DNA of 64,000 bases from an uncultured Chthonomonadaceae bacterium (GCA_963835065.1 CAWIEK010000053.1:1-64000), one strand, 5' to 3'; shown: positions 1 to 11,165, counted from the stretch's first letter. The notes: a model not told the origin generated them from the letters alone. Numbers and translations are program-made.

Positions 1-3000
1 CGCTTGTGTTTGCCTGGATGGTTCTGCTGGCAACCCCGGTTCAGGCGTGGGCACATCCTTCTGCGGAGAAGCGCATCGGCGTTCGGGTTCTGTCTGTGCG
101 TGAAATGCGGCAGATGGTGGGGGCACAAGGCGGCTTTCATCCCACATCGGTGAGTTTCGCCTCCGGTTCCACGTTCCCCTGGGAAGGCAACGTTGCCGGA
201 ACCAACACCGGCAACGGCAACAAGTTGACCTCTGTTCCCCTTGTCGGCTGGACACAACGCGGCGGCTTTCCCGTAGAGTTCACGCTCTTCCACAACAGCC
301 AATCCACGCACAACGGCGAAGTGGGGCAGAAGTGGACGCACAGCTACGACCTCTACCTGGTCAGCGGCGGCGGGTTCGGACTGTCGAGCAACATGAGCGT
401 GCATTGGGGCGATGACCTTTCCTACACCTTCACCCTCAGCGGCAGCGCGTACACGGCTCCCACAGGCATTTACGACACGCTGGTTCAGAATGTGGATGGC
501 ACGTACACGCTGACCACCAAGTCTCAGGTCAAGTACCACTTCAACACGAGCCTGTACTGCGACACCATCACCGATGAAAACGGCAACCAGGTCAGCATCA
601 GCCACAACACGGGTAACTACGTCACCAGTGTTGCCGATGCCACCGGGCGAACAATCACGCTCTCCTACGACACCAGCAACCGCATCAGCACTGTGACGGA
701 TCCTCTGAGCCGCGTATGGACGCTCAGTTACGACACGAACAACAACCTCAGCGGCATCAGCCTGCCCCTCCTTGCCGGGCAGACAGTGGGCAGCAACTAC
801 CACTACACGCTCGGCTACAACACGGCCCATGACCTCACGAGTTTCACCACGCCGGGAGGACGAGGCTGGACAGCCACCTACAACTCTGCCGACCAGAGCC
901 TTGCCACCCTCACCGATGGCTGCGGCAACCAGAGCAGTTATTCGTATACTTCCTCTGCAACCACCATCACGGACGCCAACAGCCATGTGGTCACGCACAA
1001 CTACTCCTCTGGCCGGTTGAGCAGCGAAGTGGACAACAGCAGCCATTCCGTGTCGTACACTTACGACACGAGCAACAACCAGACCGCCGTGCAGAACGAG
1101 TTGGGCAAAACGTGGAGCTACACCTTCGACAGCCGAGGGAACATGCTCACCAGCACCGATCCCCTCTCCAACGTCACGACTTGGACATACAACTCCCACA
1201 ACAAGGCGCTGACGGTCACGGATGCGCTCAGTCACGTACACCACCAACACCTACAACAGCAGCGACAATCTGCTCACGAGTACGGATGCCCTCAGCCACC
1301 AGACGAGCTACGGCTACGATGTCAATGGCTACGGCTTGCTCGTCAGCATCACCGATCCTCTGAGCCAGACAACCACATTGGGCTACGATGGAGATGGCAA
1401 CTGCACCAGCGTAGAGGACGCCAACCTCAACACTACCACCCTCAGCGTCAACGGCCTGGGCTGGCAGACGGGCACAACCGATGCTCTGAGCCATTCCACC
1501 ACCACCAGCTATGACAACTGGGGACGGGTCAGCAGCCTCACCACGCCCGCAGGCACAACATCCAGCGTCTACGATGCCGACAGCAACGTGACCAGCGTGA
1601 CCGATCCCAACAGCCATACCACGTCTACCACGTTTGACAACGACAGCAGGCCGCTCGTGGTCACCTCCGCGAATGGCGACACCTTCACCTATGCCTATGA
1701 CGGCACAGGGCAGAAGGGACTCCTCAGCAGCACCACAGACGGCAACAGCCACACCATCACGTTCAGCTATGACAGCCTGAACCGCAAGACCGGAGCCAGT
1801 TACCCGGACAGCACCAGCGAGAGTTGGAGCTATGACAATGCCAGCCACCTGAGCAGCCACACGGACGGCAACGGCAAAACTATCAGCTACGGCTACGATA
1901 ATGCGGGCAAGCTGACAACCGTGACCTACCCCACAGGCTCAGGAGCCGGCACAGGCATTTCGTACACGTTTGACGCTGCCGGACGCAAGACAGGCATGAC
2001 GGATGTGACCGGAACCTGGGGTTACACCTTCGACAACGCCAACCGGCTCACGCAAATCTCCGCTCCGAACGGCACAACCGGGTACGGCTATGACAACGCC
2101 AACCGGCGAACGAGCATGACCGTCAGCGGCGTCACGGGCAGTTGGACCTACTCCTATGATGTGGGCAACCGGCTCACGTCCGAGACAAACCCGTACTCGG
2201 AAAGCACCAGCCTGAGCTACGATGCGGCGAACCGGCTGACCACACAGACCAACGCCAACAGCAGCATAGCCACGTTCAGCTATGACAGCGCCAATCGAAC
2301 AACGGACGTGTGGCACAAGGACAGCAGCGCCAACGTTCTCGCCCACTTCAACTACGGTTATGACAACGCCAGCAATGTGACCAGCCGAACGGACACGAAC
2401 GGGGATGTGACCACGTTCGGCTATGACAATGCCGACCAACTCACCGGAGAAAGCCGAGGCAACGGACATGGCTTGGGCTACACGCTTGCCTTCACTTACG
2501 ACCACAACCACAACCGCCATACCAGAGTTCTCAACAGCGTCACGGACACATACAGTTATGATGCCCATGACAAGCTGACGGGCATAACGGGAGGCACGAA
2601 CAAGAGCTATGGTTATGACAGCAACGGCAACTGCACGTCCGTCACTGTCGGCAGCAGCGTCACCAGCCTCACCTACGATGTGGAAAACCGCGTTGTGGGC
2701 ATCACGTACCCCGGTTCTGCCACGAACAGCTTTGCCTACAATGGCGAAGACTTGCGGACGCAGAAGGTGGACAGCAGCGGCACGAAGAACTACGTTTGTG
2801 ACGGCAGCAGTCCGGCAAGTGCCGTTCTCAAAGACGGAATCTGCTGTCTACACGCCCGGATTGTCGGAACGAAGGGGAAGCGCGAGCAAGTTCCTTCATG
2901 CCGACGCGCTTGGCAGTACCAGAGGCATCACCGACAGCACCCAAGCCGTCACCGACAGCATGCTCTACGATGCGTTCGGCAACACGCTCAGTAGAACGGG

Positions 3001-3653
3001 AACCACACCTACTCCCTTCGGCTTTGTCGGCAGCAAGCAGTATCAGAGCGACAGCGACAGCAGGTCTGCAACTGCTCGGACACCGCTACTACGATCCCTC
3101 CATCGGCAGGTTCCTCTCCCAGGATCCCATTCAGGATGGAACTAACTGGTACGCCTACTGTGACAATAATCCGCTTGAAAAGATTGATCCAGATGGATTT
3201 GCTGCTGCTGTCAAGAAGCCTTGGAAACCCAAGAAGAAATACCCCTCCCCTAAACCAATCAAGAATTATCCGCCAAACGAAGGGTTTGACGGTCCTCCCA
3301 CTATCGTTACCTTACCTGTGAATACTCCCATTGATCACTTTGGCCCCATCCCCACGCCTACAAATCCAGACACAGGCAGATATATCACTGACCCGGGAAT
3401 GCCGCCTTGGGACATCTCATTACCGCCCGACAGTCCTGGCTGGCAGATCGGTGGACAGAGATACATCGTAAAAAAACCCATCACAGGAGTGAAGAAAGGT
3501 CCGGCAGCACCGTGGGATTGGGGTAAAAACAATCCGAATCTGAACCCTAAACCTCATAAAGATCAAGACCCTGGCAAGGGAGGTGGCATTCAGTATAAAC
3601 TGCCTAGATCAATTGATGACCTCATCAAGGATGGCTCTATCATTCCTGGATGA
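1..3653 (+). CDS. RHS/YD-repeat polymorphic toxin with C-terminal TNT-like (NAD glycohydrolase family) domain; probably begins upstream of the window; split by three +1 indels (~1238, ~2839, ~3062)
   Basis: Continuous YD repeats across ORFs 6..1514, 1222..2994, 2609..3145 and 2898..3653. RHS core RYYDPSIGRFLSQDP...NWYAYCDNNPLEKIDPDG. Tip YPPNEGF...IDHFG...SLPP...APW...GGGIQYKLP resembles TNT. The duplicate copy at 4929-5625 lacks the extra bases at ~2839 and ~3062. Confidence 0.9.
2468..3167 (+). repeat. ~700-bp direct repeat, copy 1 (3' RHS core); copy 2 at 4929..5625
   Basis: ATGGCTT(G/A)GGCTACACGCTTGCCTTCACTTACGA... through AACTGGTACGCCTACTGTGACAA is shared by both copies, with scattered substitutions. 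Confidence 0.95.
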
Positions 3654-3673
3654 TGGTTGATGTAGTTGTTACT

Positions 3674-3723
3674 GCCAGTCACTTGAAACATTGGATGAGA
3701 GTACAATGTTTCAAGTGACTGGC
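3674..3723. other. Perfect 20-bp stem / 10-nt loop hairpin after RHS tip 1
   Basis: GCCAGTCACTTGAAACATTG-gatgagagta-CAATGTTTCAAGTGACTGGC; no U-tract. Confidence 0.85.
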
Positions 3724-3746
3724 GGGATTAGGATTAAGGTGATCCG

Positions 3747-4889
3747 ATGGAAGTACATACATTGCGGCGCATCATGCAAAATTATGGAGCATTCGGCATC
3801 GTATTCGTCGCTTGCTGCCTCCTCCTCTACTCTTTTCGACGACGGCCTCAACGTCTGATGATGGCTGGAAGTTTGCTCGCTGGCTGCATGTGGATGCTGG
3901 AGACTACATGTAACGTCCGAATTGTATTTGGAAGCAGCTTCCCTCAACAGGCAGCAGAGATTCAAATGTACAAAATCATAGATTTGGGCGTTCTACCCAA
4001 TTGCGAGAACAACTCGCCGCAGGTACTCAATGCGCAGACACAGGTGGCAGGCAGGTGTTACTTTGCAAACGACCGGAACCTCTCCTATTTATGGGAGCAA
4101 GGGCATCTGCGCCCTCTTGGTACATTAGGAGGAACGGAGTGCGATGCCTTCGACCTCAATGATAATGGACAGGTGGTTGGTGTTTCTAGAACTGTACAAG
4201 GCGAAAAACGCGCCTTCCTATGGCAGAAGGACACTATATCTGACTTAGGTACACTTGGAGGTTCAGACAGCCTTGCTATTTCGCTCAACAATAAGGGGCA
4301 AATTGTTGGTTCCGCTGATACCTCTGCAAATAAATCCCGTCCTGTGTTGTGGGATCAGGAAGGCATTCACGATTTAAGCGCGTTGCTGCCTCCCAATAGT
4401 GGATTTCAACGTATCAACGACCGAGAACAAATCCTCGGCAGGACAATGACGCGCTCAGGATACGACAGTTTTCTCCTTGACCACAAGAAAGTAATTCGCA
4501 TTCAGACTGCGAAAGGAAATTACTGTCTTGCAAACGCTCTCAACGAACAAGGGGAGGTGGTAGGCTTGTGTCGGATAGACCGCAATCTGCGTGCTTTCCT
4601 CTGGAAGAGGGGTTCTCTGCTTGATTTGGGCACATTGGGAGGGGCAAGTAGTTCTGCTCGCAGTATCAACAACAATGCTAAGGTTGTGGGCGTTGCAGAT
4701 ACTAGCAATGTAGAGAGCCACGCATTCCTCTGGCAAGCAGGCCACATGCAGGACTTGAACGCTCTTGTGCCACAAGGCAGCGAATGGGTGTTGGAAAGGG
4801 CTGTCAGTATCAATGACAGGGACGAGATCATCGGAACCGGCAGTCACGCCGGAAAACCTGCGGCCTTTTTGCTCCTACCTGTGAAGTAG
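3747..4889 (+). CDS. HAF-family extracellular repeat protein with N-terminal hydrophobic anchor
   Basis: Repeated AFLW...DLGTLGG..S.A..IN..GQVVG units including HAFLW; hydrophobic N-terminal segments. Confidence 0.85.
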   Translation: MEVHTLRRIMQNYGAFGIVFVACCLLLYSFRRRPQRLMMAGSLLAGCMWMLETTCNVRIVFGSSFPQQAAEIQMYKIIDLGVLPNCENNSPQVLNAQTQVAGRCYFANDRNLSYLWEQGHLRPLGTLGGTECDAFDLNDNGQVVGVSRTVQGEKRAFLWQKDTISDLGTLGGSDSLAISLNNKGQIVGSADTSANKSRPVLWDQEGIHDLSALLPPNSGFQRINDREQILGRTMTRSGYDSFLLDHKKVIRIQTAKGNYCLANALNEQGEVVGLCRIDRNLRAFLWKRGSLLDLGTLGGASSSARSINNNAKVVGVADTSNVESHAFLWQAGHMQDLNALVPQGSEWVLERAVSINDRDEIIGTGSHAGKPAAFLLLPVK

Positions 4890-4928
4890 ATAACATCTGT
4901 CATCCTGCCCAATGTTGGGATGAGGTCA

Positions 4929-6097
4929 ATGGCTTAGGCTACACGCTTGCCTTCACTTACGATCACAACCACAACCGCCATACCAGAGTTCTCAACAGCG
5001 TCACGGACACCTACAGCTACGATGCCCATGACAAGCTGACGGGCATCACAGGAGGCACGAACAAGAGCTACGGCTATGACAGCAACGGCAACTGCACGTC
5101 CGTCACTGTCGGCAGCAGCGTCACCAGCCTCACTTACGATGTGGAGAACCGCGTCACCAGCATCACGTACCCCGGTTCTGCCACGAACAGCTTTGCCTAC
5201 AACGGCGAAGACTTGCGGACGCAGAAGGTAGACAGCAGCGGCACCAAGAACTATGTCTGTGACGGCAGCAGTCCGGCAAGTGCCGTTCTCAAAGATGGAA
5301 GCGCGGTGTACACTTCTGGCCTGTCGGAACGAAGGGGAAGCACAAGCAAGTTCCTTCACGCGGATGAGCTTGGTTCCACGCGGGGCATCACCGACAGCAC
5401 ACAGACAGTCACCGACAGTATGCTCTACGATGCGTTCGGCAACACGCTCAGTAGAACGGGAACTACGCCCACTCCGTTCGGTTTTGTCGGAGCCAGTCAG
5501 TACCAAAGTGACAGCGACAGTGGGTTGCAACTGCTCGGATACCGCTACTACGATCCTTCCATCGGACGCTTCCTCTCCTCTGATCCCGCCAAAGCCGGAA
5601 TCAACTGGTACGCCTACTGTGACAACGATCCGCTTAACAGCACAGATGCCGAGGGGCTGGATCGAACTTACACGTATGGCGCCATTACCATCACCATTGA
5701 TGACAATGGACATATCACCTCCAAAGTTTCCATCGGGAACCAAGATGGAGGAGGACAAGGGCAGCAGCCCGGTGGAGGCATCCCTGGCACGGGTTATGGC
5801 AATGGTATACCTGAGGTTCCTGGGATACCACCCATTAAAGGCGGGTCTCCCTTCCCAATTCCTACCGATGGTGGGACAGGCAGTGGCATAGTAAGCTTGA
5901 ATCCTTTCAAAGGCTCAGGGGGCATTTCGGGAAAAATCCCCATACGCCCGCGGCGTGGCCGAGACCCGATCATGGCGATAGGCGGAGGCATATACTACCC
6001 TGGTACGGGGAAACTCCAGTGGGGTGTAGGAGTTGGACTCCGATGGGGGCCTGTCCCCAAACCCCAAAAAGATCTTATGGCCCCCGGTCCGTTCTGA
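4929..6097 (+). CDS. Orphan RHS core fragment with alternative Gly/Pro-rich C-terminal tip (ORF 5141..6097)
   Basis: Duplicates 2468-3167, has core motif RYYDPSIGRFLSSDP...PLNSTDAEG, then an unrelated tip; lacks the RHS N-terminus. Confidence 0.85.
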
Positions 6098-6106
6098 ATT
6101 TAACTC

Positions 6107-6145
6107 CAAGTTGTTCAGGCACTCATTTTGTGCCTGAACAACTTG
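6107..6145. other. Perfect 16-bp stem / 7-nt loop hairpin after RHS tip 2
   Basis: CAAGTTGTTCAGGCAC-tcatttt-GTGCCTGAACAACTTG; no U-tract. Confidence 0.85.
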
Positions 6146-6231
6146 TGACCGACAAAGATAGATATGAAATTGCCTGTAGGTCCAGTCCCTTGCACCTATA
6201 TTCGCAGATGTTCTTTCCAATGGATACCCGC

Positions 6232-8298
6232 ATGAAGTTATACTCGAATGTTCTTAGCGTTCTAATTTGTCTTACTTGGTCAGGCGCGTTTATGCTCCTG
6301 GCAGTTCCTCTCTCCGCGCAGCGAACGCCGCCCATTGAGATTTCATTCGACACGTTTGGGGATGGCAAATCTCCTCTGGTTAATGCCCGCATCAATGGGC
6401 GACTGGCTACAAGATTTGTGTTTGATACGGGAGCCAATACCTGCATTATCACGGACAAACTTGTTGCGCAACTAGGCTTGACCCCGACACCGGCAGTCAT
6501 GTCTAATGGCAAGCCGTTCTGTGACGTGGATGGCAAGCAGTTTCAGGCCGTGACCCTCACCGTTCAAATCGGGGACTGGCAGCGCGAAGGGCCGTTCATG
6601 GTTCTACCTGAGAAGCGAATACCGTTAGCACAAGAGAAATCAATAGGCGGATTATTGGGCGCGAACATCCTGTTTGACAGCAGCGCTTACTTCGATTTTG
6701 AACATCAGAAAATCAAGGTCTATGACAGACGCTCCCCCTCTGAGGAAGACATCAAGGCGCTGGGAATGTCTGAAGCGGTCTGCCTGCCCCTGCTCAAGGC
6801 GGACAAGTTTACACCTGCCGTGCATGTACGCTTCCGAGAGGGTGTGGAACTGGACATGCTGCTTGATACGGGCGCTGCTGCAACGTTTCTGTCGTCTTCT
6901 GTTGTGTCCCAACTACATCTGAAGAGTTCCCGCAAATCCTCAGCCGCCCCGACGCTCTATGGCACTCTCCACAAGTACACCGCGATTGTTCCGCAGATGT
7001 GGTTTGGTCCCTTGCTGCTGCGTAATCTGGAAGCAGATTGGGCGAAGGATGCTCCGTCTTTCTTCATCAGTCACATTGGAACGGATGCTATGAGCCAATT
7101 CCTCATGCTCATTGATTATCCTGCTCACAAGCTCTACCTGAAACCAACCGTGGAGTTTGCTATCAAGCCAGAAGCTCTACAAGCAACCAATGCGCCTACT
7201 GTTGCCACCATGCCTCTGGAATACATAGAACGCACTCAGGCTCCTTTTGTACGCCTGACGCTGCAAGATGGCAAGCCGTACCTGTTCCAACTGGATACCG
7301 GTGCAACGACTTCCTATTTTGACCGCAGCCTGACCGAGCAAGCAAAGTTTCCTGTGGAAGACGCTAAAGATGAGGTGGGACATACGATTGCGGCGTTTCG
7401 CGCCACGCTGCGCCTGTCGCCGCAAGTGTCGCCCGTGGCTGCTGTACCTGAAATGCCCGTTCCCCTGATAGTGCAAGACCTGACCGACTGGCGCGCAGGC
7501 TTTCCCGGCGCGGCAGGTATCCTGGGAATCAACGTGCTGGCACAAGTGCCCTGGCAGTTCGACTTCGGCAGAAAACAGGTGACGTTCTTTCTGCCGGGTG
7601 ACAGACCCGGCACCCTCCCCAAGCCTAAAGCGGCCCTGCGCCTGCCCCTGCATTCCGAAAACGGCTTGCTCTATGTCGAGGGCGAAGTAGATGGCACAAA
7701 GACGCGCTTCCTGCTTTCCACCAGTCAAAACACGCAACTGCGTTCCCCGACAACCCTGGCCGCTCTCAAGCCCTTAGGCCGTCTGGAATTTACCGACGAT
7801 GTGGCCGCAACGGTGATGCCGGAAGGGAAGGCGCGTCTGCACGAGATGCGCGTAGGCAATCTTACCTGGAAAGAGCCGGTAGTGGCGGTGCAGGCCGGAG
7901 AGAAGGCGACACAGCCGGACATTCTGGGACTGGATTTTTTGTATCAGTATCGCATCACCATAGATGTACCCTCGCACAGCTTGTACTTACAGCCCGATCC
8001 CGCCTACAAAGCGGTTTCGGATACCATCGTCAACATCGGTGTCACGCCGCGCGTTACCGCCGAGAAAGCGGTTGTGGTCAACTACCTGATCCTCCACTCG
8101 CCTGCTGCCGAAGCCGGTTTGCAGGTGGGCGATACCATCCTGAGCGTCAATGGGATTCAGGCGACTTCCGAGGCCACGTATGCGCAATTGGTTGCCTTGT
8201 TGCGCAGTCCTGTGGGAACCGAACTGACGCTGAGTATCCGGCGCAAAGGAGAGGACAAGCCACGCGAAGTCAAGATGAAAACGCGCAAACTCCTGTAA
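6232..8298 (+). CDS. Exported tandem retropepsin-like aspartyl protease (4 lobes) with C-terminal PDZ domain; start uncertain (6208/6220/6232)
   Basis: FDTGA, LDTGA, LDTGA and degenerate LSTSQ motifs, each followed by GLLG/HIG/GILG/ILG; PDZ SPAAEAGLQVGDTILSVNG; signal-peptide-like N-terminus. Confidence 0.85.
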   Translation: MKLYSNVLSVLICLTWSGAFMLLAVPLSAQRTPPIEISFDTFGDGKSPLVNARINGRLATRFVFDTGANTCIITDKLVAQLGLTPTPAVMSNGKPFCDVDGKQFQAVTLTVQIGDWQREGPFMVLPEKRIPLAQEKSIGGLLGANILFDSSAYFDFEHQKIKVYDRRSPSEEDIKALGMSEAVCLPLLKADKFTPAVHVRFREGVELDMLLDTGAAATFLSSSVVSQLHLKSSRKSSAAPTLYGTLHKYTAIVPQMWFGPLLLRNLEADWAKDAPSFFISHIGTDAMSQFLMLIDYPAHKLYLKPTVEFAIKPEALQATNAPTVATMPLEYIERTQAPFVRLTLQDGKPYLFQLDTGATTSYFDRSLTEQAKFPVEDAKDEVGHTIAAFRATLRLSPQVSPVAAVPEMPVPLIVQDLTDWRAGFPGAAGILGINVLAQVPWQFDFGRKQVTFFLPGDRPGTLPKPKAALRLPLHSENGLLYVEGEVDGTKTRFLLSTSQNTQLRSPTTLAALKPLGRLEFTDDVAATVMPEGKARLHEMRVGNLTWKEPVVAVQAGEKATQPDILGLDFLYQYRITIDVPSHSLYLQPDPAYKAVSDTIVNIGVTPRVTAEKAVVVNYLILHSPAAEAGLQVGDTILSVNGIQATSEATYAQLVALLRSPVGTELTLSIRRKGEDKPREVKMKTRKLL

Positions 8299-8415
8299 AC
8301 AGACACAGCAGCCAGAGCATTACAGGAACGCTGACGATGGATGGCTTCGGCTGCATTGTGGCAAATAGCAGCAATCCTTAAAGTGCAGGTTCGGGGCATG
8401 TTTGGCTTTGCAGCT

Positions 8416-8455
8416 AAAAAGCGCCGTGACGAACCTTGTGTCGTCACGGCGCTTT
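8416..8455 (-). terminator. Rho-independent terminator of transaldolase (possibly bidirectional)
   Basis: AAAAA-GCGCCGTGACGA-accttgtg-TCGTCACGGCGC-TTT between convergent genes. Confidence 0.85.
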
Positions 8456-8477
8456 AACCTTTACAAGCCACAAGCAG

Positions 8478-9740
8478 TTACGCTTTGGCGGCAACCTGGC
8501 GGATGCGGGCGTCCAATGCGCCCTGATCCACGATGAACGATTGCAGCGCGGACTCGGTCATCACGTCATCAAGGGCGGCGCGGCCCGCCCAGCGCGCCGT
8601 GTCGGGGATTTTGCCTTTGGTTTTGATCTCGTTGGCTTCCTCCACCGAAAAGCCGCTGAACAGCATCGTGCCGTGATCTTTGTCGGCTTGGCGCAGATCG
8701 TCGCCCGTCAGGTTCGCCCCGCCCCGGCTTGCCAACTCCTGCGCGAACTTCTTGAACGCATCGTCTATCGTCCACAGCACTTCCACGCTGGCCTTGTCGG
8801 TGTCGTTGCCCAACTTGACCTCGTAGTTTTCCTGCATCCGCCCCACGATGTCTGCGGGATTGGGGCTGTTCTTATAGAACTCCTCAACGGCTTTCGGCGG
8901 AATGGTGTACACGTCCAGACCGGCCAGTGACAACATCTGGTCGGCATTGCGCATGGACGCGGCGATCTGGTGCGTGGGAATGTCGTCGTGCGCTTCGCGC
9001 AGGTCGCGGACGCCCTTTTGCGAGGCAAGCGTTGTTTTCTCGCCCACGTACTTGCCGTCGCCGAGTTTGTTGTCCGCCACAACCGCGTTCAAGCGTCCCA
9101 AAAACACGTTGCAGTAGTTGGGCTTGGAAAGCAGGGCCGCGAGATAGTTTTGCCGCGCGGAAAAGCCGAGCGTGTAGTTGATGGGAATGCCTTCCTGCCG
9201 GACGCGGGCAACCGCGCAGAAGCCTTCGGGCGTCATGGGAATTTTCACGATGAAGCGATCCGGGTTGACGGCGTAATAGCGCTGCGCGTACCGAACCGTT
9301 TTCTCGATGTCGTAGCCGACGCCGGGATGCAGTTCCACGCTGACAAGCGCGTCGAAGGCATGGACAAGCCGCTGCGCGATGTGGCAGTTGACCACGAACG
9401 CAATGTCCATCACCATATCTTCTTCGGAAATGCCGGGTTCCACGTCCTTAATGCGCTTGGCTGCTTCCTGAATGTCCTCGTCCATGATGCCGGTCTGCAC
9501 CACCTGATTGGCGAGCGTGTTATTGGTCGTCAGGGCGCCCATTTCCTGCCGCCACAGTTTGCTGGCTTCTTCCAGATTGCCCGTGTCCAGCCAGAGTTGG
9601 GTTCCCAGAGCGCGCAGTTGCGCCAGAGCCGGGTCGCTTGCCGGAACGGGAACGCGGGCGGGCGGGTGCGCAATCGTGGCCGCCAGTTCCGCCAGCGTCG
9701 CTTCTTTGCGCGTCATGTCACTTACAGCGAGTGTCGCCAT
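8478..9740 (-). CDS. tal: Transaldolase family protein
   Basis: LWLDT, LTTNNTL, VSVELHP, FIVKIPMTPEG (Schiff-base Lys), INYTLGFS, FLGRL, IAASMRN; GGAG RBS before ATG 9740. Confidence 0.85.
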   Translation of the reverse strand: MATLAVSDMTRKEATLAELAATIAHPPARVPVPASDPALAQLRALGTQLWLDTGNLEEASKLWRQEMGALTTNNTLANQVVQTGIMDEDIQEAAKRIKDVEPGISEEDMVMDIAFVVNCHIAQRLVHAFDALVSVELHPGVGYDIEKTVRYAQRYYAVNPDRFIVKIPMTPEGFCAVARVRQEGIPINYTLGFSARQNYLAALLSKPNYCNVFLGRLNAVVADNKLGDGKYVGEKTTLASQKGVRDLREAHDDIPTHQIAASMRNADQMLSLAGLDVYTIPPKAVEEFYKNSPNPADIVGRMQENYEVKLGNDTDKASVEVLWTIDDAFKKFAQELASRGGANLTGDDLRQADKDHGTMLFSGFSVEEANEIKTKGKIPDTARWAGRAALDDVMTESALQSFIVDQGALDARIRQVAAKA

Positions 9741-9760
9741 GTCAAACTCCTTTTTCTCAA

Positions 9761-10487
<727 letters not shown>

Positions 10488-10507
10488 GGCAATCTCCCAA
10501 TTCTATA

Positions 10508-10612
10508 GGTATTCAGGTATTCGGGTGTTCGAGTGGTTCCCTCTCGTGCTAAAGCAAATATGTTACTCTTGTATTGTCCTGAACACTTGAACACCCGAAT
10601 ACCTGAATACCT
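10508..10612. repeat. Inverted pair of octamer arrays (GGTRTTCR / YGAAYACC)
   Basis: GGTATTCAGGTATTCGGGTGTTCGAG ... CTGAACACTTGAACACCCGAATACCTGAATACC. Confidence 0.85.
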
Positions 10613-11165
10613 ACTCCAGCGCGAACCACGCTTTCACCGGCTTTTGAAACCAGAAATAAGCGAAGGCGGCGGCTATAACGACCCAAATAACTGTGGCAAC
10701 AGTGAAGCCGTGCAGCAGGAAAGGCAATAAGGCCATGCCGACTAGCACGACCGCATTAGCCGTCCACGCCCAGCCGCGCTGCGTCCAGGTAAAATACGCG
10801 ACAATGCACAAAATGACGGCGACGGGAAGGAGGGTCAGCGTATAGACAATGGACACAAAGGTTCCCGCCGCCGACTGGACAGCGTTCGTGCCTTCCACGT
10901 TTACTTTGGGTCGCGTCGTCCAGGCGGCGATTACAGACCAGAGCGGTACGGCAAGCGCGTACAGCGCGTCGAAAACCGTCATCGCTGTGATGATGGCCGG
11001 GCGCTGTTCCAGGGCTTGCAGTTGCTGGTTGGAGCGCGTGACGTAGTTTTCCTCCTGTCCCACCTGTCCGCCATACGCCGTCAGGGGCGTGTGGCAGTTG
11101 GCGCAGGTCGCCATCGTGTTATCGTTGATCTCGCCGCAGTGTTTGCATTGCACGGTATCGGGCAT
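10611..11165 (-). CDS. Membrane protein with N-terminal zinc ribbon
   Basis: CKHC-x10-CANC followed by about 4 hydrophobic helices. Confidence 0.75.
   Translation of the reverse strand: MPDTVQCKHCGEINDNTMATCANCHTPLTAYGGQVGQEENYVTRSNQQLQALEQRPAIITAMTVFDALYALAVPLWSVIAAWTTRPKVNVEGTNAVQSAAGTFVSIVYTLTLLPVAVILCIVAYFTWTQRGWAWTANAVVLVGMALLPFLLHGFTVATVIWVVIAAAFAYFWFQKPVKAWFALE

Noticed and set aside
2468..5625. DGR template/variable repeat pair
   Set aside because: Differences are not adenine-specific and no reverse transcriptase is present; ordinary RHS orphan duplication explains it.
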